From NCBI RefSeq assembly GCF_009914755.1, contig NC_060929.1: a stretch of 64,000 nucleotides of DNA, one strand, 5' to 3'. Source of the stretch: the human T2T-CHM13v2.0 reference genome, Homo sapiens. Positions 52,721 through 64,000 of the stretch are shown here, one piece after another. A program made the translations under genes and the position numbers. The first letter of the stretch is position 1. Each line of letters opens with the position of its first letter. Below the pieces are notes generated by a model that saw only the letters and a program-made list of their open reading frames with translations, made no database searches and was not told the DNA's origin.

Positions 52721-52761
52721 ATTTTCTTATCACCAGCTCCCTTTTCCTCATGCTTCCTTCC

Positions 52762-53147
52762 TGTTATGGGCTGAATTGTGTCCCCTCCCCCCACACACCA
52801 CCCCCAAAATGTACATGCTAAAATCTGAACTCTCAGTACCTCAGAATGTGACTGTATTTGGAGATAGGGTCTTTAAAGAGATAATTAAGGTAAAATGAGG
52901 TCATATGGTCGGGCTCTAACCTGAAGTGACCAGTGTCTTTCTAAGAAGAGATTAGGACACAGACACATACATAGGGAAGACCACACGAAGATGTGGGAAG
53001 AAACACATCTAACACCAGGGAAACAAACCCCAGTGACACCTTAGATCTCAGAATTCTAGTCTCCAGAACTGTAAAGAAATGAATGCCTGTTGTTTAAGCC
53101 CTCCGGTCTGTGGTACTTTGTTATCGCAACCGTGGGAAACTAATAGA
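52762..53147 (+). mobile_element. MLT1B MaLR solo LTR
   Basis: tgttatgggctgaattgtgtcccc...cctcagaatgtgactgtatttggagatagggtctttaaagag...aaactaataga. Confidence 0.9.
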
Positions 53148-54639
53148 CCGCCCTTGCAGCAAACATGTGGAAGAGTAAAGGATTTGTAGTATTTGCATTT
53201 GTTATGAGGTTTCGGATATTCTACAATGCAAAGTCTGAGGAAGAGCCTGAAGCTAAAGAAGTTATACGTCCAGGGCTTTATCCAAACCCAGAAGGTTGCT
53301 TACATATGTGTATAAAAGTTGAAGTCAGGAGGGCTCCACTAAAATTCACGGCTCGTTTTTCTCAGAACAGCATTCCAAAACACATAAGGGAAAGGAAACC
53401 GATTTACAATTGACCCTGTCCACTTTCAAGTTTCCAGCTGTATTTACACAGCTGCTGAAGGCAGCACAGATGAGAGATTCTCCCCTTCATCACTGAGAAA
53501 CCCACACCAAGAGTATGTTCAGTGTCTTCGTATTAGACGATTCAGTAAGTCTCAGGGAGGAACACAAAATATCAGGAACTCAGCCATTGACACTGGGGAT
53601 GCTGACAATGAGAGGAGGAAAAATAGATGTAAACTTAGCAAATTGTGAAATATGAATGCAAAAGCAAACACAGGAGGACTTACAACCTACATGACTCTAT
53701 AAAATATGATGAACAGAGCATTTAAAAGATAAAGGACAAATGTAAGATGTGAGGAAATTTTGAAAATTATGGTGCTTTCAATCTTGTATTTTACTCCACA
53801 CCTGGAAATAATTGTAAATCCCTGGAAAAGTCAAGTTTGTCCTCCTGGAGGTGAAGAACAAGGAGGTTGTTGCAGAAACAAAGAGATAAATGAAAGGAAT
53901 GTCTCAAAGGAAGATTTATCCAGATTATCCTACCACGCAAAACAGACCATATGAAACACATTTTAAAATTATCCTCCTTCTTGCCTTAAAACTGATCTGC
54001 ATCATGGTACAAAACTGTAAAAATAATACTGGTAGTTAATGCTGTTCTAAAACAAGAAAAAGAAATTATTTTAAAATCCCAGTACGTCTGTATGTGTGTG
54101 TGTGTGTGTTTGTGTGTGCGCGCACGCGCATGCTTATTTGTGTTAACGAATTTGCATTAACAAAGTAGAATGTTTGTTCCCCCTGGAAGAATTTTTTGAA
54201 TTTTACAATTATAAATGGGTATTTTCTGTAACACTGGGGAAATGCAGAAACATGCTCTAAGAAGCTGATAACATATATACTGTCTGGTTATAGACAAGGT
54301 AGTGCTTGTCTTACCAACCAAACGGTGGATTAACAAAAAAAACCTCTATATGTACATATCCCCTGATATGATGCCATGGTTAAAACAAATTCCATACATA
54401 CTAAATATAATTTTGAAGTTAACTTAAGCATCTTGACAGCTAAGCAAAATACTATCCTGTTCCATTGACCTTAGCCTCAGAACTTAGGATTCAATAGGGC
54501 CTGCAGCATCCAGGGTTATGCTTTCAGGTGCTCCATTTAGGCACCTTCTTCAGCTGACCACTAGTTGTGAAGTTGCTTCAGTTCAGAGGCAGAGATGGAA
54601 GGAGGGGGTTGGCCCAAAAAGAAAGGGCTGATTGAAGGC

Positions 54640-54994
54640 TGTATTATTCTGTTTTCATGTTGCTGATAAGACATACCTGAGACTGGGCAATTTACAAAAG
54701 AAAGAGAGGTTTAATGGACTTATAGTTCCACATGGCTGGAGAGGCCTCACAATCATGGCAGAAGGCAAGAAGGAGCAAGTCACATCTTACGTGGATGGCA
54801 GCAGGCAAAGAGAGAGCTTGTGCATGGAAACTCCACTTTATAAAACCATTAGATCTTGTGAGACTTATTCACTATCACGAGAGCAGCATGGGAAATACTT
54901 GCCCCCATGATTAAATTACCTCCCACCAGGTCCCTCCCACAACACGTGGGAATTCAAGACAAGATTTGGATGGGGACACAGCCAAACTATATCA
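54640..54994 (-). mobile_element. THE1 (THE1B-like) solo LTR
   Basis: tgtatt...gacatacctgagactggg...ggggacacagccaaactatatca. TSD aaggc/aaggt. Confidence 0.92.
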
Positions 54995-55388
54995 AAGGTG
55001 AAAGATCTTTGCCTTTAGAATGAGGTTCTTAAAAACATAATAATAAGGAGGTTTTTCTTTTCAAATGTTAGGGTAGTATTTTTATTCTTGTAATGATACC
55101 CAAGAAGGTAAACCCCTGACAGAAACTTCAGACATTAGATGGTATGGTCCTCTGGAATTCATAGAAGTACACATATAAAGAATTATGAAGGTGCTTGCAT
55201 TTAACAGTAATTTCATATGTTTGTTGCACTTTCTAACTTGTAAAAATATTTCAGTATGTATCTCACAAGCTATGAGAACCTGATTTTATTATTCCTATTT
55301 CACAGATGAGAATCAGAGGTAGAAAAAAATGAAGGCCGTTACATAGGATCACAGCTCTAGTTAATAACACTGATTGGACTGTCTAAAT

Positions 55389-55722
55389 CAGCATTCTCCA
55401 ACCTTTTTGGCAACAGGGACTGGTTTCCTGGAAGACAATTTTTCCATGGAAGGTTGGGGGTATGGTTTTGGGAGAAAACTGTTCCACCTCAGATCATCGG
55501 GCATTTGGTTCTTATAAGGAATGCACAAGCTAGATCCCTCATTTGTGCAGTTCACAGTAGGGTTCACAGTCCTATGAGAATCTAATGCCACCAATGATCT
55601 GACAGGAGGCAGAGCTTAGGCAGTAATGCTTGCTCACCCACCACTTACCTCCCGCTGTATGGCATGGTTCCTAATAAGCCATAGACCAGTACCAGTCTGC
55701 ACCTTGGGGTTGGAGACTCCAG
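55389..55722 (-). mobile_element. MER1B hAT MITE with perfect 8-bp TSD
   Basis: ccaacctttttggcaacagggactggtttc...ggggttggagactccag. TSD gtctaaat at 55381-55388 and 55723-55730. Confidence 0.93.
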
Positions 55723-55789
55723 GTCTAAATCATGACTAGACTGCATAAGCCCTAATTTCTCATAAAGTTGCATTTAAAGCAGGCATTCT

Positions 55790-55995
55790 CCGTGTACAGG
55801 CACTGTTAGCTCAAGAACTATATAGCCCTTGCATCAATTCTGTGACACAGGTATCATCAGTATCCTTACTTCACAGATGAGAAACTGAGGTGGAGAAAGG
55901 TTAAGCCACCACATTACTTAACACAGTGTAAGCCGCGGAGCTGGGATGTGAACCCAAGAAGTTTGGCTCCAGAATTCGGTCTCTTAACCGTCATG
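55790..55995 (-). mobile_element. MIR SINE
   Basis: cacagatgagaaactgaggtggagaaaggttaag...gagctgggatgtgaacccaag. Confidence 0.75.
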
Positions 55996-57996
55996 CTTAC
56001 CTTCGTTGCCGTGCCTAGAAGCCTAGAAATTTGCAGATCCAATGGACATGATTAGGGCTTCATCCCTTGACATCTCTTTATTTCTTGGCTTCACTTGGTT
56101 CTCTTGGTTTCTTCTTTGACCTCTCCTTCTTGATTTTTTTTGCTGACTCATCTTCATTTTACTATCCCATAAATTCTAGCATTTTCCAGGTATGAAATGG
56201 TTCTTCAGGCAGAACGATTTGTAAAAATGGCACCTACACTTCCTAAATCAGCTTGTGATTTTTTTGAGGTGATTATTTCACAAATGGTTTTGAACCACAC
56301 CATTTGCCAGTTACTCCACCACATACTGATAATGAAATATTGTCAGAAAACAGAACTAAAAAACTGAGGTTCCCTCTCCCCACTTCACAGACATATAATC
56401 ATTTACATATTATTACAGTTCCTTTTAAAACTGCACTTCGTAACTTCAAGTTCATCTTGATTTCAGTGTTGCATATAGCCTTTTCATTCTAAATTACACA
56501 ACTTGCTGGAATCAAATGTGTCCTAGTCATTTTTTTTAAACACTGTAAAGTTTTACTTTGGTTGATCCTCAAAGGCATCACAATAAAACAGTAAGAATTT
56601 GACTCTGTGACTGGGAAAACCTAAGAGGATTCTGAGACTGTTCATATTAAAAGTTGATATCAGGACAGTTCCAAGAAAAATTGTCAGGTTTCCATTTGCA
56701 CGGATTTGCCTCATTTTGCATCAAAACGTCAGTGCCTTAAAACCTCCAGCTATAATCCCTTAACTGTGAAAGGGTTGAAAAGAGTTGAAAGGGTAATGAA
56801 AGGCTTCTGCTATTCATCAGAGAAAAATCTTATGGTTAGAGAACCAAGAACACAAGCGTGAAGGGAAGTGCAATGTTATTCCCTCTTATCCACCTTCAGC
56901 TGCTTCCCACATACTGAGTCTACTTCAGATGGATATCCAAAAATCTCTCTTCTTGGGTCCTCTGCTCCCTTTGTCAACTAGGCCATCCTAACCCTCTGTC
57001 TCTTCCCTCTTTCTCCTGCCATCCCCTAGAGTTCTGTTGCTTCCTCCCTACAACCTCAGGTTCAGATTGTCAGTTCACTGATTTCTCCTCCATGGAGCTG
57101 GGTTTCCTTCTGGTTCTGGTGAAGGAGAAGGGCCAAAGGCCCAAGAAAGGGTGGGTGAGTGAATTTTCCTCGGAAGGACTTGGCAAGGAAAGCATTTTTT
57201 CTTGGTCATAAATCATATGGGTGGTAGTGGTAATTCTTCATTGGTTGCTAAGTTCTGAAACTTCTTCATTCCTTCTGTCAAAAAATTTACTTTTTACACT
57301 TTTACAGTTTTAAATGTCCTGAATTCTTTTTGTCTACTTTTCACAAACTGCAATTTACTTTAACATTCCTCCCACCCTAAGAATTTGAATGCACACGTGA
57401 AAAAAGCCTCAATTGGTAACACATAAACACATCTTCAGGAATTTAAGCAGTCAAGAATTTTTATTTCAACTTGGGTTAGGCTGATCTGAGGTTAGATAGA
57501 ATATGAAGGAAGATTTTTATGAAAGAAATTAGATAAACTGGATTTAAGCTTTTAAAAGTTTATATTTATGTTTTAAAGTCTGAGCACACTTTCAGTAATT
57601 TTCACAAAATGTACCATAAATTACTCCTCCCCGCCAAAAAAAAAATCTTATTAGTTTCCAAAGAATCTATGCATAGGTATAGTTCACTGGCAGCTCTCTC
57701 AAGTGGCTTTACAACGTAAACAGCAGCGGAAATCTCTCTAACACAGACATCTTTCCCTTTGTCTAAGTGTCCACAGCACATTTCTACCTGAAGGACCCAC
57801 AAGCATCATAAACTCAGCTAATCCAAAACTGCTTACCATCTCCCTTGAATAGCTGGGACTATTTTCTGTTCTCTGTTTATGCAAATGGTCTCACGTCCAT
57901 GTACTCCATCAAGGTGAAAACCTTCCTCAACTCCCTCTTCCACTTGTCCCCAATTTGTGTTAATGCTGTGTGTTTTTCCAAAAAAATTATGGCTGC

Positions 57997-58303
57997 TTTT
58001 TGGTTGTTTGTTTTTTTGTTTTGAGACAGAGTCTTTCTCTGTAACCCAGGCAAGAGTGCAGTGGCACAATCACAGCTCACTACAGACTCCACCTCCTAGT
58101 CTCAAGTGATCCTCCCACCTCAGCCTCCTGAGTAGATGGAACTACAGGCTTGTGCCGCCCTGCCTGGCTAGTATTTTAATTTTTTTAAATATGGGGTCTC
58201 CCTGTTTTCTCTGGGCTGGTCTCAAACTCCTGGGCTCAAGTGATCCTCCTGCCTCGGCCTCCTAAAGTGCTGGGATTCTAAGTGTGAGCCATGGTACCTA
58301 GCC
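57997..58303 (-). mobile_element. AluJ
   Basis: Full dimeric antisense Alu with J-type motifs (cacagctcactacag, gggctcaagtgatcctcc). Confidence 0.92.
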
Positions 58304-58684
58304 TGTAGTACATGTTTAATATGAAATATAATGCACCTATTTAAAATTCTAGTTAGAACTATATCTCTTGTCTTGAAGGATGTCCACAAGGATGTCCTTC
58401 TGTCAAAATGGAAAAGAAATCTATAGGATAATATGCATATTACAAATCAGGTTTTGTAAGATGGCATTAACAACAGTTTAAAGCAAATAAACAAAAAGAA
58501 GCTGCCCCTCTCTCTGTCTGTGAGGTAGAATTGGTGGGAGAGTAGAGAACCAGGTGGAATGACTTATACCAGGGGGTCAACAGTGGTAGCCTCAAGAAAA
58601 TAGGAGCAGAAGGAGATTATGGATTTTGTGCCTTTTTGGTTTGATTTGTTTTGGAAGCACATCTTGCTTTTGTTGTTTGGCTTT

Positions 58685-59449
58685 TGTTGTTTGCTTTTAT
58701 TATAATTTCAACTTTTATTTAGATTCAGGGGGTACATATGCATGTTTGTTACCTGGTTATATTGTGTGGTATTGAGGTTTGAGATATGAATGATCCTGCC
58801 ACACAGGTAATGAGCACAGTACCTTAAAGTTAGTTTTTCAACCCTTGCTCTCCTCTCTCTGCCCCCTCTAGTAGTCCCTAGTGTCTATTTTTGCCATCTT
58901 TATGTCTATGAGTACTGAATGTTTAGCTTCCACTTCTAAGTGAGAAGGTGTCGTATTTGAATCTCTGTTCCTGCATTAATTTGCTTAGGATAATGGCCTC
59001 CAGCTGCATCTATGTTACTGCAAAGGACATGATTTCATTTTTTATGGCTGTGTAGTATTCTGTGGTTTATATGTACCATGTTTTCTTTATTCAGTCTACC
59101 ATTGATGGGCACGTAGGTTGAGTCCACGTCTTTCTACTGTGAATGGTGCTGCAATTAACATACAAGTATATATACCTGTCTGGTAGAACCATTTGTTTCC
59201 TTTCAGATGTATACCCAATAATGGGAATGCTGGGTTGAATGGTAGTTCTGTTTTAAGTTCTTTGAGAAATCTCCAAACTGTTTTCCACAGTGGCTGCACT
59301 AATTTATTTTCCCATCAACAGTGTAAAAGCATTCCCTTTTCTCTGCAGCCTTGCCAGCATCTGTTGTTTTTTTTGACTTTTAATAATAGGCATTCTGACT
59401 GGTGTGAGATGACATCTCATTGTGGTTTTGATTTGCATTTCTTTGATGT
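58685..59449 (-). mobile_element. 5'-truncated older L1PA (L1PA13-16-like) 3' end
   Basis: ttttattttagattcagggggtacat...; ORF2 C-terminal fragments [15 protein letters not shown] and [16 protein letters not shown]. Confidence 0.88.
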
Positions 59450-59887
59450 TAATCCTATATCTTAAATGGGATACATCAAGCATCAGTTTAAGCATTACCT
59501 TTGGTGTGAAGCTTCCCTGATGGCTGTGGTTACTCCCCACAGCACTATTCCTTCATCTTCAATAAATATTTATTGAGCATCCACTTGCTATTTGCAAGGC
59601 AAAATGCTAGGCACCAGAGTTACAGCGGTGGACAAGATAGACCCCCACACTGTCCTAATGGAACTTAATTCTATAATTACAATCACAAATCCAAGGCACA
59701 AGAAACAAATTAGTATAAGCAGGGCATTTTCAGATAAAGAAAATTAACAACAACAACAAAATGACCGGGCAAAGAATGCCTGGGGGGAGGGTGAGGAAAG
59801 CGGTATTTAGGCAAGGCCTCTTTGAGGCAGCACTTGAGCTAGGACCTGAATAAGAAGCCAAGGTTGAAAGATATTGGGGGAGTGGGG

Positions 59888-60277
59888 TGTATTCATCTGT
59901 CTTCATACTGCTGTAAAGATACACCTGAGACTGCGAAATTTATGAGGAAAACAGGTTTAATTGGCAAACAGTTCTGCAGGCTGCACAGAAAGCATGGCTG
60001 GGAGGCCTCAGAAAACTTACAATTATAGCAGAAGGCGAAGGGGAAGCAAGCCCGTCTTACTATGGTGGAGCAGGAGAAAGAGAGTAAAGGGGGAAGTGCT
60101 ACACACTTTTAAACCACCAGATCTTGAGAGAACTCACTTAATATCATGAGAACAACAAGGGGGAAACCTACTTCCATGATCCCATCACCTCCTACCAGGT
60201 CTCTTCCCCAACACTGAGAATTACAATTTGACTTGAGATCTGGGTGGGGACACAGAGCCAAACGCCAAACCATATCA
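59888..60277 (-). mobile_element. MSTA MaLR solo LTR nested in an L2 remnant (~59560-60440)
   Basis: tgtattcatctgtcttcatactgc...ggtggggacacagagcc...accatatca. The L2 3' end caataaatatttattgagc lies at ~59560. Confidence 0.87.
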
Positions 60278-60891
60278 GTGAGTATTCCTATCAGAGGCAG
60301 AAAGTAAGTGCAAAGGTACTCACGCATGAATCCCTGAAGATGTTCAAGAGATAGGGAGGCCGTGATTGAGATAATGTGACTGGACTATAGTGAGCAAGAG
60401 GAAAGAACAATCAATATAAGATCAGAAAATTAGACATTCTAGTTTAGCACTTATCATGTCTATTGTAAACCTTCTGCTGGCTTTGCTTATCACCAGACTT
60501 CAGGAATATTTTTCAATTTTTATAACCCCAATGTCTGAGACAGAGTCTGTGTACAAGTATAAAAGCATTCATGTTTTTCTTTCAAAAAGTGAGTTTATAG
60601 TGGCCAGATTTGTTCAAGATATTGAGGTTTTATTGACTATTTCATAAATTAAATCAATATTATAAAGATACATAGAATTTGTGGATTATTACAAAAGGAA
60701 ACTATAATTTCTCTATGCTGCAGAGGCAAGTTCTTAACTTTAGAATTCATTTGAGGTTTTAAAATTAGTTTTCCTAATCCTTAACCATACCTAGCTCAAG
60801 CTTGATTTAGTACCAAAGTTGAAATTAAGTTGATGCTAACATGACTACAGTTTAGGAATAAAAAATATTATTTGGTAAAGAAGAATTATTT

Positions 60892-60893
<2 letters not shown>

Positions 60894-60924
<31 letters not shown>

Positions 60925-61208
60925 AGACAGAGTCTCACTCTGTTACCCAGGCTGGATGGAGTACAGCGAAACAATCACGGCTCACTACAGCCTCCCCCTC
61001 CCAGGCTGAAGCCATTCTTCGACTTAGCCTTCCGAGTACCCTGGACTACACATGCGCGCCACCATGCCCAGCTAATTTTTGTATTTTTTGTAGAGACAGG
61101 GTCTCACCGTGTTGCCCAGGCTGGTCTCTAATTTCTGGGCTCAAGCCATCCACCCGCCTCAGCCTTTCAAAGTGCTGGGACTACAGGTGTGAGCCACTAA
61201 GCCAAGCT
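60894..61208 (-). mobile_element. AluJ with long T-tail
   Basis: Antisense dimeric Alu. TSD core gaattatttc at 60883-60892 and 61212-61221. Confidence 0.92.
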
Positions 61209-61761
61209 AATGAATTATTTCTAATTTCCTCTTCAGCAAGCAAGAGAAGAAGAGCTCCAGCTTAATTTGAATGAGTTCTTTCAAAACATTTTCTAAAGTT
61301 CATGCATGGAACTTTTCTCTCTTCCAGGAAACAAACAATATAGAAATTTTGTTTTTCTCTGAAGAATAAAGTGTTCAAACTTATTCTTGTCTCATGAAGA
61401 ACACAACAATATTTTATAATTTTTTTCCTACAACTATTAGGAGAATTGCATTGATACTTTATTTAGAAATAATAAAATGATGCAGAATGCTTCACATAGT
61501 AGGTAAAGACACATGAATGATGGAAGGGAAGAATAAAAGGAGCAGCTATTGAGGAGGTACATTTTCAGAAGTAGTATGTAAAGCACATTCACCTGTGAAA
61601 TCTCTCTTACACTTCACAGATTCTTTGAGTTAGGCATTCGTTAACTCATTTTAACAGATCTGAGATTACTGAGTAAATACTCTGCCTGAGATCACACACA
61701 GTTAATAAATGACAGAGACAGGATTTGAAAGCAGAACTGCCTGGTGAGAGGCTTCATAGTC

Positions 61762-62130
<369 letters not shown>

Positions 62131-64000
62131 CAATAGAATATTTAGAAGCAAGATTTTATTGTGCCATCAATATTCAGTATTTCCCTATCCTAATGAAAAC
62201 CAAAAGTTATAGCAAAGTCCCTAAGAACTATATTACTTCGATTTTAGCTAGAGAACTGAAGCAAAAAAACTGTGATTATAGAATGATTTTTTTAAAAATC
62301 CATTAAAAACACTTAGCTAATCAGTTGTTATAAATGCTACTGTAAGATGCTGTCATTAGGAGAACTTTTAGAGGAAATGAAGTTATTAGGAATTCCACGA
62401 TCTGTAAAACAGAGGAGTTGGACTGGAAGATTCTCCAAATTCCTTCAGTACTAACATTCTAAAATCCTATAACTCTACAGCTTGAAATGTAATTACTGTG
62501 TGAAAATTTACAAGCTAGGTTTTCTGCTTAAATGTGATTCTTTAGTTGCCCTCATGCTGTGACTTGTAAAATTATCATCTCAATCACAGTATATTTGGCC
62601 AAGAGCCTTATTTTTCCACTCCTGATAAATAACCAGAGGTGAGAGAATAGAAGGTTTTTTGTTTGTTTTAAACTCTTCAGTAGTTTTGAAATACAATTCA
62701 TTTGTTATTTTTGTTCATCCTTGTTTCACTAAATTTATAGAAACAATTTTGAGATTTTCATCATTAATATACAAAACTTTTGTTTAAAAAATGTGATTAC
62801 ATTTTGACCCAAGAAATATTCCAGTTTCCGAAAGTCTGGAGGTTCAGCTGCAATCAGCAAGTCATGGTTTGGTTTGAGGGAACATCTTTATGCACCTGAG
62901 AAGCATCATCAGCCTGGCTCTACTAAAAGGAACAGGTGTGCAGCCTCAGAGAAGCAGCAACAAGTCCTCTCATTCAGCCCCTCCCCCGAGACACCAACAG
63001 GGATGCTGCTGGTCCTTTATGGGAACTGCAATCACAGCCTTCGACCCGGGAAAGCAGCATGTTTCCCATGAAGACACAACTGGAGTCACTTCTGACTCAG
63101 CACCTGAAAGATGTTGTTTTCCTGAAGTGTATCTTTTCATTAATCTTCTTTATTATGTATTATTAATAATAGGAGTTTAATATAAACGATGCTGTGTTTC
63201 ATAGCATGACAGCTTTGGATTAGGTAATGTTATCTTGTTACTAATGGTTACTGCTGCTTAGTTTCTCTTAAATAGCAAAATGATGATATTCAAATGTTCC
63301 ATTTTAGGTTCCGTGTTTATCTGTTTTCAACTAAGTCAACATAGTATTGATAATTCTAGAATTTTACTATAAACATACTTGTTCATACATCATCTATATG
63401 TCTCTAGCTGTAATCCCAACAGACAATAGATTGTGCAAGTCATAGTGCATATAACTTTCATTCAATTCTCTGAGCCTTTTTTTTTAAATTTTTTTTTAAA
63501 CTACTGTCTTTGCAGGAGACTGAGCTTCAATTCTCTGAGGGGAAACCAAAAAAAGGAGAGAAGAAAAGGAACTATTATCTGCTCAGCAGTAAACTATGTT
63601 CTGGGAAGATATACCTTAGGAGGGAGAGAGAATCATAAACATACATAAAAACTAATAAACACCTACTTCTCTAAAGCAGATGTAACAATAAATAGTATTT
63701 GGAGTTTACTAATTGGTCCTTGGCCACTCCAAGAAAATAGTGGTCACACAGTGCTTTTATTTCACATAAACCAAGAATTAGCAGCTAATGTAATAGTCAA
63801 AATCTCTTTGCTCAAGAAATTAGAAGATGATTATTTATTCTACTGAGGATATTTAACAATGAGGATTTATCTTTAATAAAATTTGTTGGGGAGGATTGGA
63901 AATCTGTTGTTTTCAGTTGTGCAACAAAGATCTACAAGAATTTGCCCCTTGGTACATTATAATCAAAATTTTCACGCAAAAATGTCTCTATATTATCTAC

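Overview
This is primate (almost certainly human) non-bacterial genomic DNA containing the NREP (P311/C5orf13) locus on the minus strand. The spliced 68-aa CDS can be read directly from three phase-0 pieces: ATG at 46108-46106, exon 25842-25765 and exon 21379-21254. It gives MVYYPELFVWVSQEPFPNKDMEGRLPKGRLPVPKEVNRKKNDETNAASLTPLGSSELRSPRISYLHFF*. A CpG-island promoter with several leader-exon splice sites lies at about 47.5-48.7 kb, and a ~1.6 kb 3'UTR ends near 19.63 kb. The 3'UTR holds the known miR-29b target-directed miRNA degradation (TDMD) trigger at 20693-20712. The best candidate for new biology is a second trigger-like site, specific for miR-27b (21035-21053), next to a miR-7 site with a 3'-end match, which suggests this UTR may act on several miRNAs. 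This is an inference from hand pairing and is not established. The flanks are repeat-rich: a full-length dead L1PA nested in an old L1M, a compact L1 insertion that appears to combine twin-priming inversion with a 3' transduction (13.9-14.5 kb, inside a hAT-Charlie fossil), 7SK and tailless U2 retrocopies, MaLR/ERVL LTRs, MER1B, MER20 and Alus. Nearly all ORFs in the supplied track are repeat-derived or spurious. Repeat subfamily names and miRNA sequences come from recall, not from database searches.
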